A DNA stretch of 64,000 nucleotides from positions 26,400 to 90,399 of the forward strand of contig DAOUBQ010000015.1 of NCBI GenBank assembly GCA_034432755.1, read 5' to 3'. This DNA comes from Anaerolineales bacterium. Lineage in GTDB: Bacteria; Chloroflexota; Anaerolineae; Anaerolineales; Villigracilaceae. This document shows positions 1 to 9,121 of this stretch, piece after piece. The position numbers were made by a program, and so were the translations under genes. Each line of letters starts with the position of its first letter. Position 1 is the stretch's first letter. The notes beneath the pieces are model-generated. The model saw nothing but the letters and a program-made list of their open reading frames with translations, did no database searches and had not been told where the DNA came from.

Positions 1-619
1 CGTGGATTTTCTTGCGCGGATACCAGGGGCCGCAGACGAAGATGAAGATGCTGTAATTTGCCGGGTCGAGGGCGAGTAAGCGCGGGCCGTCCACGCCGTC
101 CTCGTCGTTGGATGCCACATCGTAAGGGATTCTGGCTTTCTCTAGCCAGGCGCAGACCACTTCCATCGCTTCGACATCGCCGAAGGTGGCGCGTCCGCCG
201 GGGATGCTGAAATGCCCGGCGATGAGGGCGCGCGGGGCGGAGGCAGTGGCTGCGGGGCGGGTTATGTTTCGGGTGCGTAAACTCATCTTAAACTGGAACC
301 AGCGCGCAGCCAGTTCTTTCTTTACCAGCGAGAACCAGTTTCCCGAAGCGGCGAGCAGTTTCAGGTCGAGAAGCGTTTGTCGGAAGTCCGAGACAAAGTA
401 TTCCATTTCCAGGCGGGCTTCCAGCGGCCTCCCATTTTCGTCTTGCAGAATCTCCTGTTTTTGCGCGGCCAGGCCGAGCAGGCGTATTCCGAGCGCGGAG
501 GCGGTGTTGCGGGCGTTGGTTTGGGCTTTGGCAGAGGCCTGGGCTATGGCTTCTTGAAGGGGTTGGTTTTCAATGCGCTGTGTGGAGATGATGCGGAGGG
601 TGTTTTTGGATGGATTCAA
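1..619 (-). CDS. hypothetical protein, truncated by the left window edge (N-terminal ~206 aa visible)
   Basis: The minus-strand frame is open from the window edge to ~619. It is absent from the ORF track because it is edge-truncated. My own translation reads ...QPLQEAIAQASAKAQTNARNTASALGIRLLGLAAQKQEILQDENGRPLEARLEMEYF...RALIAGHFSIPGGRATFGDVEAMEVVCAWLEKARIPYDV... TTG 617-619 behind AAGGAA is a candidate start; ATG 284-286 is an alternative. No family recognised. Confidence 0.45.
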   Translation of the reverse strand, partial: MNPSKNTLRIISTQRIENQPLQEAIAQASAKAQTNARNTASALGIRLLGLAAQKQEILQDENGRPLEARLEMEYFVSDFRQTLLDLKLLAASGNWFSLVKKELAARWFQFKMSLRTRNITRPAATASAPRALIAGHFSIPGGRATFGDVEAMEVVCAWLEKARIPYDVASNDEDGVDGPRLLALDPANYSIFIFVCGPWYPRKKIH

Positions 620-730
620 CGGGCATTCCTTTGGAAAAATTAGTTGCTTGTATTTTACCTGCAAGCGCAGCCAATTTTTAAGGTAGACTTGTGGCTGTAC
701 CGTGATTTTGAGAGCAGTGAGGAGGGCGAG

Positions 731-1927
731 ATGCCCCAATTTGCAAAACGCATGGCTTTTATGCAATCCACGTCGGATGTGATTCGTTATCTGTTCGAGT
801 CGATGACTGACCCCGAAACCATCTCGTTTGGCGGCGGCGCGCCGGCGCGTGAGGCGTTGCCGGTGGAGCAGGCGCATGAGATTGCCTGTGAGATTTTGAC
901 CCGCCAGGCGCGCGGCGTGCAGGCTCTTCAGTATGGTAACCCGATTGGGATTGCGGAATTGCGGCAGGCGGTGATTGAGCGGCTGTTGGCCCCCAAGGGG
1001 CTAAAGGCGGGGGTGGAGAATGTGATGATTGTGGCAGGCGGAATTGAGGGCCTGAACTTGCTTGGCCAGGTGTACCTGGAGCCGGGCGATGTGGTGTTGG
1101 TGGAATCGCCCACGTTTGTTCATGCTGTGCAGGTCTTTAAGATGTTTGAGGCGCGCTGCGTGGCCTGCGAAACGGATGATAACGGTCTGGTGTTGGAGGA
1201 TGTGGAGGCGAAAATCAGGCAGTTTGCGCCGAAGATGGTTTATGTTATCCCCACTTTCCAGAATCCGTCTGGGCGCACGATGAGCCTGGAGCGCCGGCGG
1301 GCGCTGGCGGCGTTGGGCAGCGGCTTCGATGTGGTCATCCTGGAGGATGACCCGTATTGCGAGATGCGTTACAGCGGGCAGGCCTTGCCGCCGGTTAAGT
1401 ATTTCGATGAAACCGGGCATACCATTTTTGCCAACAGTTTCTCCAAGATTTTCTCGCCGGGTTCGCGCCTGGGATATGTGTTTGCCGATGAACCGGTCAT
1501 CCAAAAACTGTATGAGGCGAAAATGGCGACCAACTCGCATACCAACGTGGTGACGCAGTTGTTGTGCGCTGAATTTTTTAACCGGGGGCTGTTTGAGCCG
1601 CACCTGCAACGGATTCGGGACATTCACCGCGAGCGCCGGGATGTGATGATGGAATGTATCGGGTGGATGCTGCCGGGGGATGTGAAGTTTGTTTATCCTG
1701 ATGGGGGTTTGTTTACCTGGGTTGAATTGCCAGAATTGGTTGATACGACGGCTATGTTGGGGCAGGCGATGGCGCAGAAGGTGGCTTATATGCCGGGGCG
1801 CGAGTTTTTTGTGGAAGGACAGCCGATTCGGAACAATTGTATGCGGCTGAGTTTTGGCGGTTTGGCGCCCGAAAGGATTCGGGTGGGCATGGAGCGGCTG
1901 GCCGGGGTGATTCGGGCGCGGGGGTAG
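731..1927 (+). CDS. PLP-dependent aminotransferase, class I/II (LysN/AspC-like)
   Basis: ORF 644..1927 trimmed to ATG 731 behind GGAGGG. PLP-lysine context NSFSKIFSPGSRLGY, plus PTFQNPSG and LEDDPY motifs. Confidence 0.9.
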   Translation: MPQFAKRMAFMQSTSDVIRYLFESMTDPETISFGGGAPAREALPVEQAHEIACEILTRQARGVQALQYGNPIGIAELRQAVIERLLAPKGLKAGVENVMIVAGGIEGLNLLGQVYLEPGDVVLVESPTFVHAVQVFKMFEARCVACETDDNGLVLEDVEAKIRQFAPKMVYVIPTFQNPSGRTMSLERRRALAALGSGFDVVILEDDPYCEMRYSGQALPPVKYFDETGHTIFANSFSKIFSPGSRLGYVFADEPVIQKLYEAKMATNSHTNVVTQLLCAEFFNRGLFEPHLQRIRDIHRERRDVMMECIGWMLPGDVKFVYPDGGLFTWVELPELVDTTAMLGQAMAQKVAYMPGREFFVEGQPIRNNCMRLSFGGLAPERIRVGMERLAGVIRARG

Positions 1928-1936
1928 GGTGAAAAA

Positions 1937-1966
1937 ACTTCCGAAGTCTTTTATGACTTCGGAAGT
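1937..1966. terminator. hairpin between convergent genes, possible bidirectional terminator
   Basis: Inverted repeat ACTTCCGAAGTC / GACTTCGGAAGT with a 6-nt loop, an A-run upstream and a T-rich tract downstream. Confidence 0.6.
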
Positions 1967-1980
1967 GTGGTTTGGTGCTT

Positions 1981-3234
1981 TTATACCAGCATTCGCACCG
2001 GCTCTTCGAGATACTTTGCCAATGCCTGCATGAACTGGGCCGCTTCAGCCCCGTCGCTGACGCGGTGGTCTACTGAGAGGGTGGCTTTCATGCGCCAGCC
2101 GATTTTAATTTGGCCGTTTTCGACCACTGGTATTTCTTTGGCCGAAGCAATGGCCAAAATGGCCGCTTCAGGCGGATTGATGATGGCGATAAATTCTTCG
2201 ACATCGTACATGCCCAGGTTGGAGGTGGAAAAGGTTGAGCCATCTACATCTTCGGGCTTCACCTTGCCCTCGCGGGCGCGCCCGGCCATGGCCTTGATTT
2301 CGCTCGAAATGACGCGCAGGGTCTTGTGGTCGGTGTCTTTGACGACGACTGTCATCAGCCCGCCAGGCACGGTGACGGCTACGCCGACATTGACCTGCCC
2401 CTTGCGGATGATTTTATCGCTCTGCAAGGTGGCATTCAGGTTGGGGAATTCGCGCAAGGCCAGCGCAACCGCTTTGACGATGAAATCATTGACCGAGAGT
2501 TTTTCGCCATCTGGCAGGTAGCCGTTCAACTGCTTGCGCAACTCCATCAGTGCTTCCATCTTGTATTCATGGGTCACATAGAAGTGCGGGATGGTGGTCT
2601 TCGATTCGACCAGGCGGCGGCCAATGGCCTGGCGCAGTTTCGTGGTCTGAATGGATTCATCAGCGACCGGTATCACTGGTGGTTGGTCACTGGCCGCCGG
2701 AGAAGCAGCTGGTTCATGGACGGCTGACGGCTGAACACTGCTCACTGCTGGCTGATTGCTGAGAGCGGCTTCAATATCTCGCCGCACAATGCGCCCGCCG
2801 GGGCCGGTGCCGACGACTGCACCGAGATCCACGCCCCGGTCGCGGGCGATTTTCTTGGCGAGGGGAGAAGCTTTCAGGATTTCCGATTTTGGATTTTCGA
2901 TTTTTGATTGGTTATTCGGTTGGGCAGTTTCGGCGATTGCCGGTTTCTGCTCACTGGTCACTGATGACTGATGACTGGATACGGATACTTGCTCCCCTTC
3001 TGCTCCAATGACCGCAATCGGGTCATTGACGGGGACGCTGGTGCCGGGGTCTACCAGGTGTTGAAGTATGACGCCGCTGAAGTGCGATTCGACTTCGACG
3101 GTGGCTTTGTCGGTTTCGATTTCGGCCAGCACGTCGCCTTTGTTGATTTTCTCGCCGACTTGACGCACCCAGCGGACGAGCACGCCCTCGGCCATGTCGA
3201 AGCCGAGTTTGGGCATATTGATAATTTCGGCCAT
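1981..3234 (-). CDS. dihydrolipoamide acyltransferase, E2 component of a 2-oxoacid dehydrogenase complex
   Basis: Lipoyl-lysine motif EIETDKATVEVES, E3/E1-binding domain ASPLAKKIARDRGVDL, catalytic DHRVSDG. The start overlaps the E1beta stop by 1 nt. Confidence 0.95.
   Translation of the reverse strand: MAEIINMPKLGFDMAEGVLVRWVRQVGEKINKGDVLAEIETDKATVEVESHFSGVILQHLVDPGTSVPVNDPIAVIGAEGEQVSVSSHQSSVTSEQKPAIAETAQPNNQSKIENPKSEILKASPLAKKIARDRGVDLGAVVGTGPGGRIVRRDIEAALSNQPAVSSVQPSAVHEPAASPAASDQPPVIPVADESIQTTKLRQAIGRRLVESKTTIPHFYVTHEYKMEALMELRKQLNGYLPDGEKLSVNDFIVKAVALALREFPNLNATLQSDKIIRKGQVNVGVAVTVPGGLMTVVVKDTDHKTLRVISSEIKAMAGRAREGKVKPEDVDGSTFSTSNLGMYDVEEFIAIINPPEAAILAIASAKEIPVVENGQIKIGWRMKATLSVDHRVSDGAEAAQFMQALAKYLEEPVRMLV
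2881..2988. repeat. degenerate 7-nt-period tandem array inside the E2 inter-domain linker
   Basis: GAT recurs at 2885/2892/2899/2906 (ttccgat tttggat tttcgat ttttgat). ACTG recurs at 2953/2960/2967/2974 (cactggt cactgat gactgat gactgga tacggat). The units between these two blocks are degenerate. Confidence 0.8.
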
Positions 3235-4208
3235 TATTTCAACACCTCCTTGACCGCCGCCACAATATCGGGGACTTGCGGCAGGGCGGCTTGTTCGAGC
3301 GCACGGTTGTAGGGCAGCGGCACTTCTTTCTGCGCCACACGCAGGATGGGTGCATCCACATAATCAAAGGCTTCTTCGTAAATGCGGCTGACCACTTCGG
3401 CGCCCACGCCGTAAGACTTCCAGCCTTCTTCAACGAAGACGGCGCGGTTGGTCTTTTTGAAAGACTGAAGCACCGGCTCCATATCGAGCGGGCGCAGGGT
3501 GCGCAGGTCAACAATTTCGGCTTCGACACCCTGTTTGGCGAGTTCGTCAGCAGCCTTCATCGAGAGTTCCAGTCCCTTACAATAGGTGACGATGGTTACG
3601 TCTTTGCCAGGGCGTTGGATTTTCGATTTGCCAATCGGTTCGAGGTATTCGCCCTCCGGCACTTCGCCGCGCACCTGGTACATAGTGGCGTGTTCAATGA
3701 ATAGCACCGGGTCGTTCGAGCGGATGGCGCTCTTCAGAAGCCCTTTGGCGTCCGCCGGGGTGCCGGGGCTGACCACTACCAGGCCGGGGAAGTGTGCAAA
3801 GACCGCGTCTGGCGTCTGGGAGTGCGTTGCGCCAAGTTGACGCCCGCCGCCGCCCACCGCGCGAATGACCAGCGGAACCTGAAACTGCCCGCCGAACATA
3901 TAGCGTAGTTTGGGGGCTTGGTTGACGACGTAATCCATCGCTGAAAAAGCAAAGTTGATCGTCATTAACTCAGCAACCGGGCGCTGCCCCACCATTGCCG
4001 CGCCAATTGCGCCGCCCAGGATGGCGTTTTCGGCAATCGGGGTGTCTTTAACGCGCTCGGGTCCGTATTTATCATAAAAACCTTTGGTGACGGCATACGT
4101 GCCGCCCCATACCCCGACTTCCTCGCCCATGATGAAGACTGCCGGGTCGCGGTCCATTTCTTCCATCAGCGCTTGCGAGATTGCCTCGCGCATCGTAATT
4201 CTTGCCAT
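3234..4208 (-). CDS. 2-oxoacid (pyruvate/acetoin-type) dehydrogenase E1 component, beta subunit
   Basis: Transketolase-like pyrimidine-binding and C-terminal domains (GEEVGVWGGTYAVTKGF..., ...VRDTPIAE-type context). Operon position between E1alpha and E2. Confidence 0.95.
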   Translation of the reverse strand: MARITMREAISQALMEEMDRDPAVFIMGEEVGVWGGTYAVTKGFYDKYGPERVKDTPIAENAILGGAIGAAMVGQRPVAELMTINFAFSAMDYVVNQAPKLRYMFGGQFQVPLVIRAVGGGGRQLGATHSQTPDAVFAHFPGLVVVSPGTPADAKGLLKSAIRSNDPVLFIEHATMYQVRGEVPEGEYLEPIGKSKIQRPGKDVTIVTYCKGLELSMKAADELAKQGVEAEIVDLRTLRPLDMEPVLQSFKKTNRAVFVEEGWKSYGVGAEVVSRIYEEAFDYVDAPILRVAQKEVPLPYNRALEQAALPQVPDIVAAVKEVLK

Positions 4209-4220
4209 AATGTCTCCAAT

Positions 4221-4304
4221 TTTCAGTCAGCGGTTATCAGTTATCAGTAGCCAGTTGTGCAAACAAACTGATTGCTGACCACTGATTATTGATAACTGGT
4301 TATT
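4221..4304. repeat. inverted 7-nt-period arrays filling the E1alpha-E1beta intercistronic gap
   Basis: CAG recurs at 4224/4238/4245/4252 with a 7-nt step (tttcagt cagcggt tatcagt tatcagt agccagt). CTG then recurs at 4268/4275/4282/4296 (acaaact gattgct gaccact gattatt gataact). The two halves are roughly reverse complements. Confidence 0.85.
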
Positions 4305-5256
4305 TCGCGTAAATATCTTTGAATAACTCTTCTATGCCCGGTTCGGGGCTGGCTTCGGCGAATTCGACCGCTTTGTCGGTTTCGGCCTGGGCCTGGTCAT
4401 CGAGAGCATCCAGATCGGCTTCGGTGGCGATTTTTTCCTTCAGCAGGTAGGCGCGGAAAATACCAATCGGGTCGTTTTCCTGCCACTTCTTCACTTCTTC
4501 CTGCTGGCGATAACGTTCGGGGTCGCCCATCGAGTGGCCGCGGAAGCGGTAGGTCACAATTTCGAGCAGGTACGGATGACTCGTCTCGCGGATGTATTTC
4601 ATCGCTTCCTGGCTGGCTTCGTACACTTTCATCACGTCCATGCCATCCACGCGAGCGTTTTTCATGCCGTAGCCTTCCGCCTTTTGGCGAATTTCATCCA
4701 CCGCCGAAGCGCGTTCCACGGCCGTTCCCATGCCATATTGGTTGTTTTCGCACACCCACAGCACGCGCAAATTCCAGGTTTTGGCGAGGTTTAAGGCTTC
4801 GTGGAAGTAGCCGATGTTGGTTGCGCCGTCGCCAAACATACAGATGGTAATGTTGTCGTTGCCGGCATATTGGTCGCCCAAGGCCAGACCGGCAGCAATG
4901 GGCAGGTGTCCGCCGACAATGGCGTGTCCGCCCCACATGTTCTTTTCTACGGATGCCATGTGCATTGAGCCGCCCTTGCCTTTCGACATGCCCGTAATTT
5001 TGCCGAGCAGTTCGGCCATGACTTCGTTGGCCGAAATGCCACAGTTGAGGGCCACGCCGTGGTCGCGGTAGGCGGTGATAACCCGGTCGCGCGGTTCACG
5101 GGCCGCAATCAGCCCGGTGGAAACTGCCTCCTGGCCGATATAGAGGTGCATGAATCCGCCGATTTTGCCGGCCTGGTACAGTTCTGCGCCGCGTTCCTCC
5201 ACACGCCGAATCAAAACCATCTCATAATACATTTGCAGCAATTTTTCTTTGTTCAT
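4300..5256 (-). CDS. 2-oxoacid dehydrogenase E1 component, alpha subunit (TPP-dependent)
   Basis: ORF 4300..5325 trimmed to ATG 5254-5256 (MNKEKLLQMYYEMVLIRR). TPP-binding motif GDGATNIGYFHEALNLAKTWNLRVLWVCENNQY. Confidence 0.93.
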   Translation of the reverse strand: MNKEKLLQMYYEMVLIRRVEERGAELYQAGKIGGFMHLYIGQEAVSTGLIAAREPRDRVITAYRDHGVALNCGISANEVMAELLGKITGMSKGKGGSMHMASVEKNMWGGHAIVGGHLPIAAGLALGDQYAGNDNITICMFGDGATNIGYFHEALNLAKTWNLRVLWVCENNQYGMGTAVERASAVDEIRQKAEGYGMKNARVDGMDVMKVYEASQEAMKYIRETSHPYLLEIVTYRFRGHSMGDPERYRQQEEVKKWQENDPIGIFRAYLLKEKIATEADLDALDDQAQAETDKAVEFAEASPEPGIEELFKDIYAK

Positions 5257-5451
5257 TGGGTCTCCAATAATCAAGATGATGACATAAAAACAACCGGGAG
5301 CGGTCCCCGGCAGGAAGGCATTCATATTTTGTGTACGGGGGTATGCAACATATTTATATCTTTTTTCTCTTAAATTTTCCAGAGTGCAATAACCCCAAAG
5401 GGGTGATTTTGATACGCTTTGAGAGTGATGTTTATCACACGCGCTGGCGGC

Positions 5452-6804
5452 TTATCCTTTGGGTTCGGAGGGGTTTGCGCCATTGGTGCGGATGTTGATG
5501 GTTTTCTTGAGGATGTCGAACCAGAAGGGTGCGCCCTGGGCGGCGGCGATGCCGCTGACGAGCAGGCCGAATAATTTAATCAGGATACCGGTCAGGTCGT
5601 TGGGCGCTGGGGCGTTGATAATCGGGTAGCATTGGCGGCCCACCTTCAGCCCGTAGTAATCAATGGTTGATTTTGGCAGCAGGGTGCATCTTTTTTGCGA
5701 ACCGTCCATCATCGAAACGCTGCCGCTGCTATCGGTCGGAAGCGGGGTTCCGAACCAGCCAATGGGAACGTTGAGGGTGGTGAACTGTAACTGAAGCGCG
5801 GCCACTTGTTCGGAGGTCATTGGGCCGAGACCGTTCTGGTTCTCCTGTGCAAAGGCCTCAGCCTGTGCCACCAGTGCCTGGCGCACGACGGGTTCGCGCC
5901 ACAGGGTTTGGGTCAGCGCCAGGGTATCGGCGTTCAGTACGATGGCTACCGCAACCCCAATGACCAGCGACATTTTCTGAGCATGGCGTTTGTACCAGCC
6001 GCTCAATCGTTCGGTGCCGTTGTCGAACCAGGTTTCCACGCTTTCGCGCGCAGCCGCGAGCGCGTTTTCGCTTTTTCCAATGCCAAGCATCAGGCTTTCG
6101 AGGGCTTGTTTTAGCTGCGGGTTGGTGGCGCTCAAAACGGCAATTCCTTCCTGAATTTGCTCAAAAGCAGAGGGTTCTTGTTCTGTGGCGGTTTGCCTGC
6201 GTTCGGATTGTATTCCGGCCAGAATTTTATCTACATCTTGAGCGGTCACTTCCACCCGCTGGAAGGTCTGCTCAACTGCCTCTTGCAAATTTGGATGGAT
6301 ATTGGCGAGATGTTCCATTTCCATTTTTACGTTTGCGATTGCATTTTCGAGCGCGGTTTCGCCAAAGGGGGTGTTTAGTGCTTTGCGCGCGGCAGCCAGC
6401 ACCAGCCGAAATTGTGCCTCGGCGCGGGCTTTTTCGTCTTTTTTGAGGGTTGCGATGATGGGGCGTAGTTTTTGCATCTCCTGCTGCAAAATGGATGTTT
6501 TTTTGCCGGCGTGTATCAGAATGTCGAACAGGGCCAGCGAGAATAGGCGCGATGGAATGTATGAAGGCCGCCGCAGGTTGGCCTGGTCGTCGCCTGTGTG
6601 CAGTGATTGAATTAAGGGGTGTTCATAGAACTGGTCGGCCAGGGCTGGGTCAGCGAGAAAGTTGCGGATGTGCGCCTCAAGCATTTTGGAGCGCCAGCGC
6701 AGCCGCGCGCCCAGCCACTCTTGAATGTACATGACGCCGATGCTCAGTACCAGCCAGGCAAAAATCAGGCTGATGAAAATTTCGAGGATGGTGAGCAGGG
6801 ACAT
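5452..6804 (-). CDS. hypothetical membrane protein with a long helical central region
   Basis: ORF 5452..7032 trimmed to ATG 6802-6804 behind GGAGG. N-terminal TM LLTILEIFISLIFAWLVLSIGV, a helical Q/E/A-rich middle and two C-terminal hydrophobic segments. No family recognised. Confidence 0.7.
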   Translation of the reverse strand: MSLLTILEIFISLIFAWLVLSIGVMYIQEWLGARLRWRSKMLEAHIRNFLADPALADQFYEHPLIQSLHTGDDQANLRRPSYIPSRLFSLALFDILIHAGKKTSILQQEMQKLRPIIATLKKDEKARAEAQFRLVLAAARKALNTPFGETALENAIANVKMEMEHLANIHPNLQEAVEQTFQRVEVTAQDVDKILAGIQSERRQTATEQEPSAFEQIQEGIAVLSATNPQLKQALESLMLGIGKSENALAAARESVETWFDNGTERLSGWYKRHAQKMSLVIGVAVAIVLNADTLALTQTLWREPVVRQALVAQAEAFAQENQNGLGPMTSEQVAALQLQFTTLNVPIGWFGTPLPTDSSGSVSMMDGSQKRCTLLPKSTIDYYGLKVGRQCYPIINAPAPNDLTGILIKLFGLLVSGIAAAQGAPFWFDILKKTINIRTNGANPSEPKG

Positions 6805-6833
6805 GGAGCCTCCTATTTTGAATCGTGCTGAAT

Positions 6834-7571
6834 TTACGATACATGAGAAGCCAGCAGGGCTGGAATTTCTGCCAGTCTTTCGATAATTGCATCGGGCGGG
6901 ATAGGGCCGGGCGTTTGGTTTCGAGCGCGGCGTTTTATCCAGATGGCAAACATTCCCAGCATTTTTGAGCCGCTCACATCGGCATCCAGCCGGTCGCCGA
7001 CCATGGCTGCCTGGTCGGGCATGTAGCCCCAATGCGCCAGGGCCAGTTCGAAGATGCGCGGGTGCGGTTTGCGGTACGAACAGGCGGCGGAGGTCAGCAC
7101 GAAGTCGAAGTATTGCTCAATATCGAATTTTTCTACCAGCTGAAACACATCGCGGTTATCTCCGGCATTGGAGACCAACCCCAGGCGATAGCCGGCGGAT
7201 TGCAGTTCGGCCAGGGTGGAGGTGGCGTCGGCCTCAAGCAGCCAGTTCTGCTGGGTGATGGCGTAGAAGTCGTCCAGCGCGGTGCGTAAGGTGGCTTGTG
7301 GCACGTCAGGATGTCCTTTGTGGGCCAATAATTGCCCCAGAACCACGGTGGTGCTTAGCTCAAACAGGTGGCGGTCACGGTCCATGTAATACTCGTCCAG
7401 TTTTTGGCGGAATTCGGCCCCGAATGATTGGTGATCAATCGAAAGTCCACTGGCGCGGAGCGAATCGGCCAGCGCTTGCCCGGCGCGCTCGAAAACGGGC
7501 GGCCAGGGGTTGGGGGAATACATCAGGGTATCGCCGAGGTCGAAAAGAACGGCCTGGAGCAAGCGAGGCAT
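6834..7571 (-). CDS. HAD-superfamily hydrolase
   Basis: ORF 6834..7763 trimmed to ATG 7569-7571. DxDxT motif LFDLGDTL, VSNAGD, GDRLDADV. Confidence 0.85.
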   Translation of the reverse strand: MPRLLQAVLFDLGDTLMYSPNPWPPVFERAGQALADSLRASGLSIDHQSFGAEFRQKLDEYYMDRDRHLFELSTTVVLGQLLAHKGHPDVPQATLRTALDDFYAITQQNWLLEADATSTLAELQSAGYRLGLVSNAGDNRDVFQLVEKFDIEQYFDFVLTSAACSYRKPHPRIFELALAHWGYMPDQAAMVGDRLDADVSGSKMLGMFAIWIKRRARNQTPGPIPPDAIIERLAEIPALLASHVS

Positions 7572-7609
7572 AATTTTGGAGTCAACCGGTTTGCCAGTTG
7601 TAATTTTCT

Positions 7610-8680
7610 TTAGTACCCTCTCTGCCGGTCTACCAGGTTGTAGAGTGTTAATCCGCCCAGGTAGCGCAAGAGGTTTTCGGAGAATAGCCGCATGGCGCGT
7701 TCGGTGTAGTGTGGACTGCTGCCAGAGATGTGTGGGGTGACGATGACGTTGGGCATTCCCCAAAGCGGGCTGGAGGCGGGCAGAGGTTCTTCGGGGAAGA
7801 CATCCAGCGCAGCCCCGGCCAATTTTCCGCTCTTCAGGGCGCTGACCAGCGCCGGATGGCTGACTACGCCGCCGCGCGAGACATCCACCAGGAACGCGCC
7901 CGGCTGGAGGGCCTGTAAGATATTCTCGCTGATGAGCTCAGTGGTTTCCAGAGTCAATGGCACGGTGATAATCAGAAAGTGGCATTCGCGCGCCATGGAA
8001 CGGAGTGCTTCGGCGGGGTAGAGTCGGGTGACGAAATCGCCGGTGGGGTCGCCCATCCCCTCGCCGGGGATATAACCGGGGTCGGAAGGGTGCATCACAC
8101 TGCGCTTGGTTGCCAGCACGGTAACGCCGAAGGGTCGAAGCAGGCGCGCCACCTGTCTGCCAATGCTGCCGTAGCCGACAATTCCGACGGTTTTGCCTCG
8201 TAACTCGAACGGCAAGAAACGCTCCAAACGGTCTTTGGGCCATTCCGATTTTTTCTGCGAAGCCAGCAAGGCAGGGAGTTTGCGCCCGAGAGCCAGCATC
8301 ATGGTCAGGGCATGCTCGGCCACCTGAGAAGCCGCCGCGCCGCTCAAAGTGGTGATGAGCAGCCCATCTTTTTTGAGCAGGGGTTCGTGCAGGAAGCGGT
8401 CAATGCCGGCAAAGTGGAATTGTACCCACTGGAGTGCAGGCATTTGTTCTGGCTTGGGCAGCAGGTGTGAGGTGTACATCACCTCGGCTCGTGCCAGGGT
8501 TTCGGCCGGAACATCGCCCACCGGCAGATGGGTTATGTTGACGCGCGGGGAGATGCCGTGCAGGTGCGTCAACATTTCCTCGCTAACGGGGATGGTGATC
8601 AGAACTTCAATCGTCGGGGAAGCAGGCATGGGACTTTTCAGCAGGTCAGGTAGGGTGTGATTTCCCGCCATGTTCAACAC
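7610..8680 (-). CDS. D-isomer-specific 2-hydroxyacid dehydrogenase family protein
   Basis: NAD-binding GKTVGIVGYGSIGRQVARLL, and a C-terminal ...DVSRGGVV...VTPHISG context typical of this family. Confidence 0.9.
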   Translation of the reverse strand: MLNMAGNHTLPDLLKSPMPASPTIEVLITIPVSEEMLTHLHGISPRVNITHLPVGDVPAETLARAEVMYTSHLLPKPEQMPALQWVQFHFAGIDRFLHEPLLKKDGLLITTLSGAAASQVAEHALTMMLALGRKLPALLASQKKSEWPKDRLERFLPFELRGKTVGIVGYGSIGRQVARLLRPFGVTVLATKRSVMHPSDPGYIPGEGMGDPTGDFVTRLYPAEALRSMARECHFLIITVPLTLETTELISENILQALQPGAFLVDVSRGGVVSHPALVSALKSGKLAGAALDVFPEEPLPASSPLWGMPNVIVTPHISGSSPHYTERAMRLFSENLLRYLGGLTLYNLVDRQRGY

Positions 8681-8790
8681 TTGAGGAGCAGTTGGGATGC
8701 GCTTTTGGTTGAATTTTACCTTGCCCGGCCCATTCTGTCACAGGGCAAAAAGAACCGCCCATCCGGGTTGGAATGAGCGGTGAAAGCGAG

Positions 8791-8994
8791 TTAGTTGCTG
8801 GCCTTGGGGATAATCAGCCAGGCCAATAGATACAGGCCGATGCCCGGCACGCCGCCCGGCAGGAAGGCGATGAAAAAGGCTAGCCGAAACCAGAAGGCAT
8901 TAATGCCAAAGAACTCGGCCAATCCACCACACACGCCGGCCAAGATTCGGTTATTGCGCGAACGGCGCAGGGCAGAGCGAGGATTGATAGTCAT
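8791..8994 (-). CDS. PspC-domain small membrane protein
   Basis: ORF 8791..9114 trimmed to ATG 8992-8994 behind GGAGG. RILAGVCGGLAEFFGINAFWFRLAFFIAFL matches the PspC domain pattern. Confidence 0.8.
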   Translation of the reverse strand: MTINPRSALRRSRNNRILAGVCGGLAEFFGINAFWFRLAFFIAFLPGGVPGIGLYLLAWLIIPKASN

Positions 8995-9121
8995 GGGGGA
9001 CCTCCGTAAAATTTTGGGTGCAATGGCTTGCTTTTGCACGAGGCGGGCAGTGTGTAGATATACGGATGTTTTCACGTTTGGTTGTAAAACGAAGCCGTCT
9101 TGGGCTGGCCCCATGCCTGGT

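Noticed and set aside
6805-7032. N-terminal extensions in ORF-track calls. Examples: 5452..7032, 6834..7763, 4300..5325, 8791..9114, 16974..18779, 34860..35975, 38805..40982, 49482..52508, 52465..53982, 57317..58582
   Set aside because: The extensions are R/P/C-rich, overlap neighbouring genes and lack an RBS. In each case an internal ATG preceded by a GGAGG-like site starts the recognisable domain, so I trimmed to that ATG.
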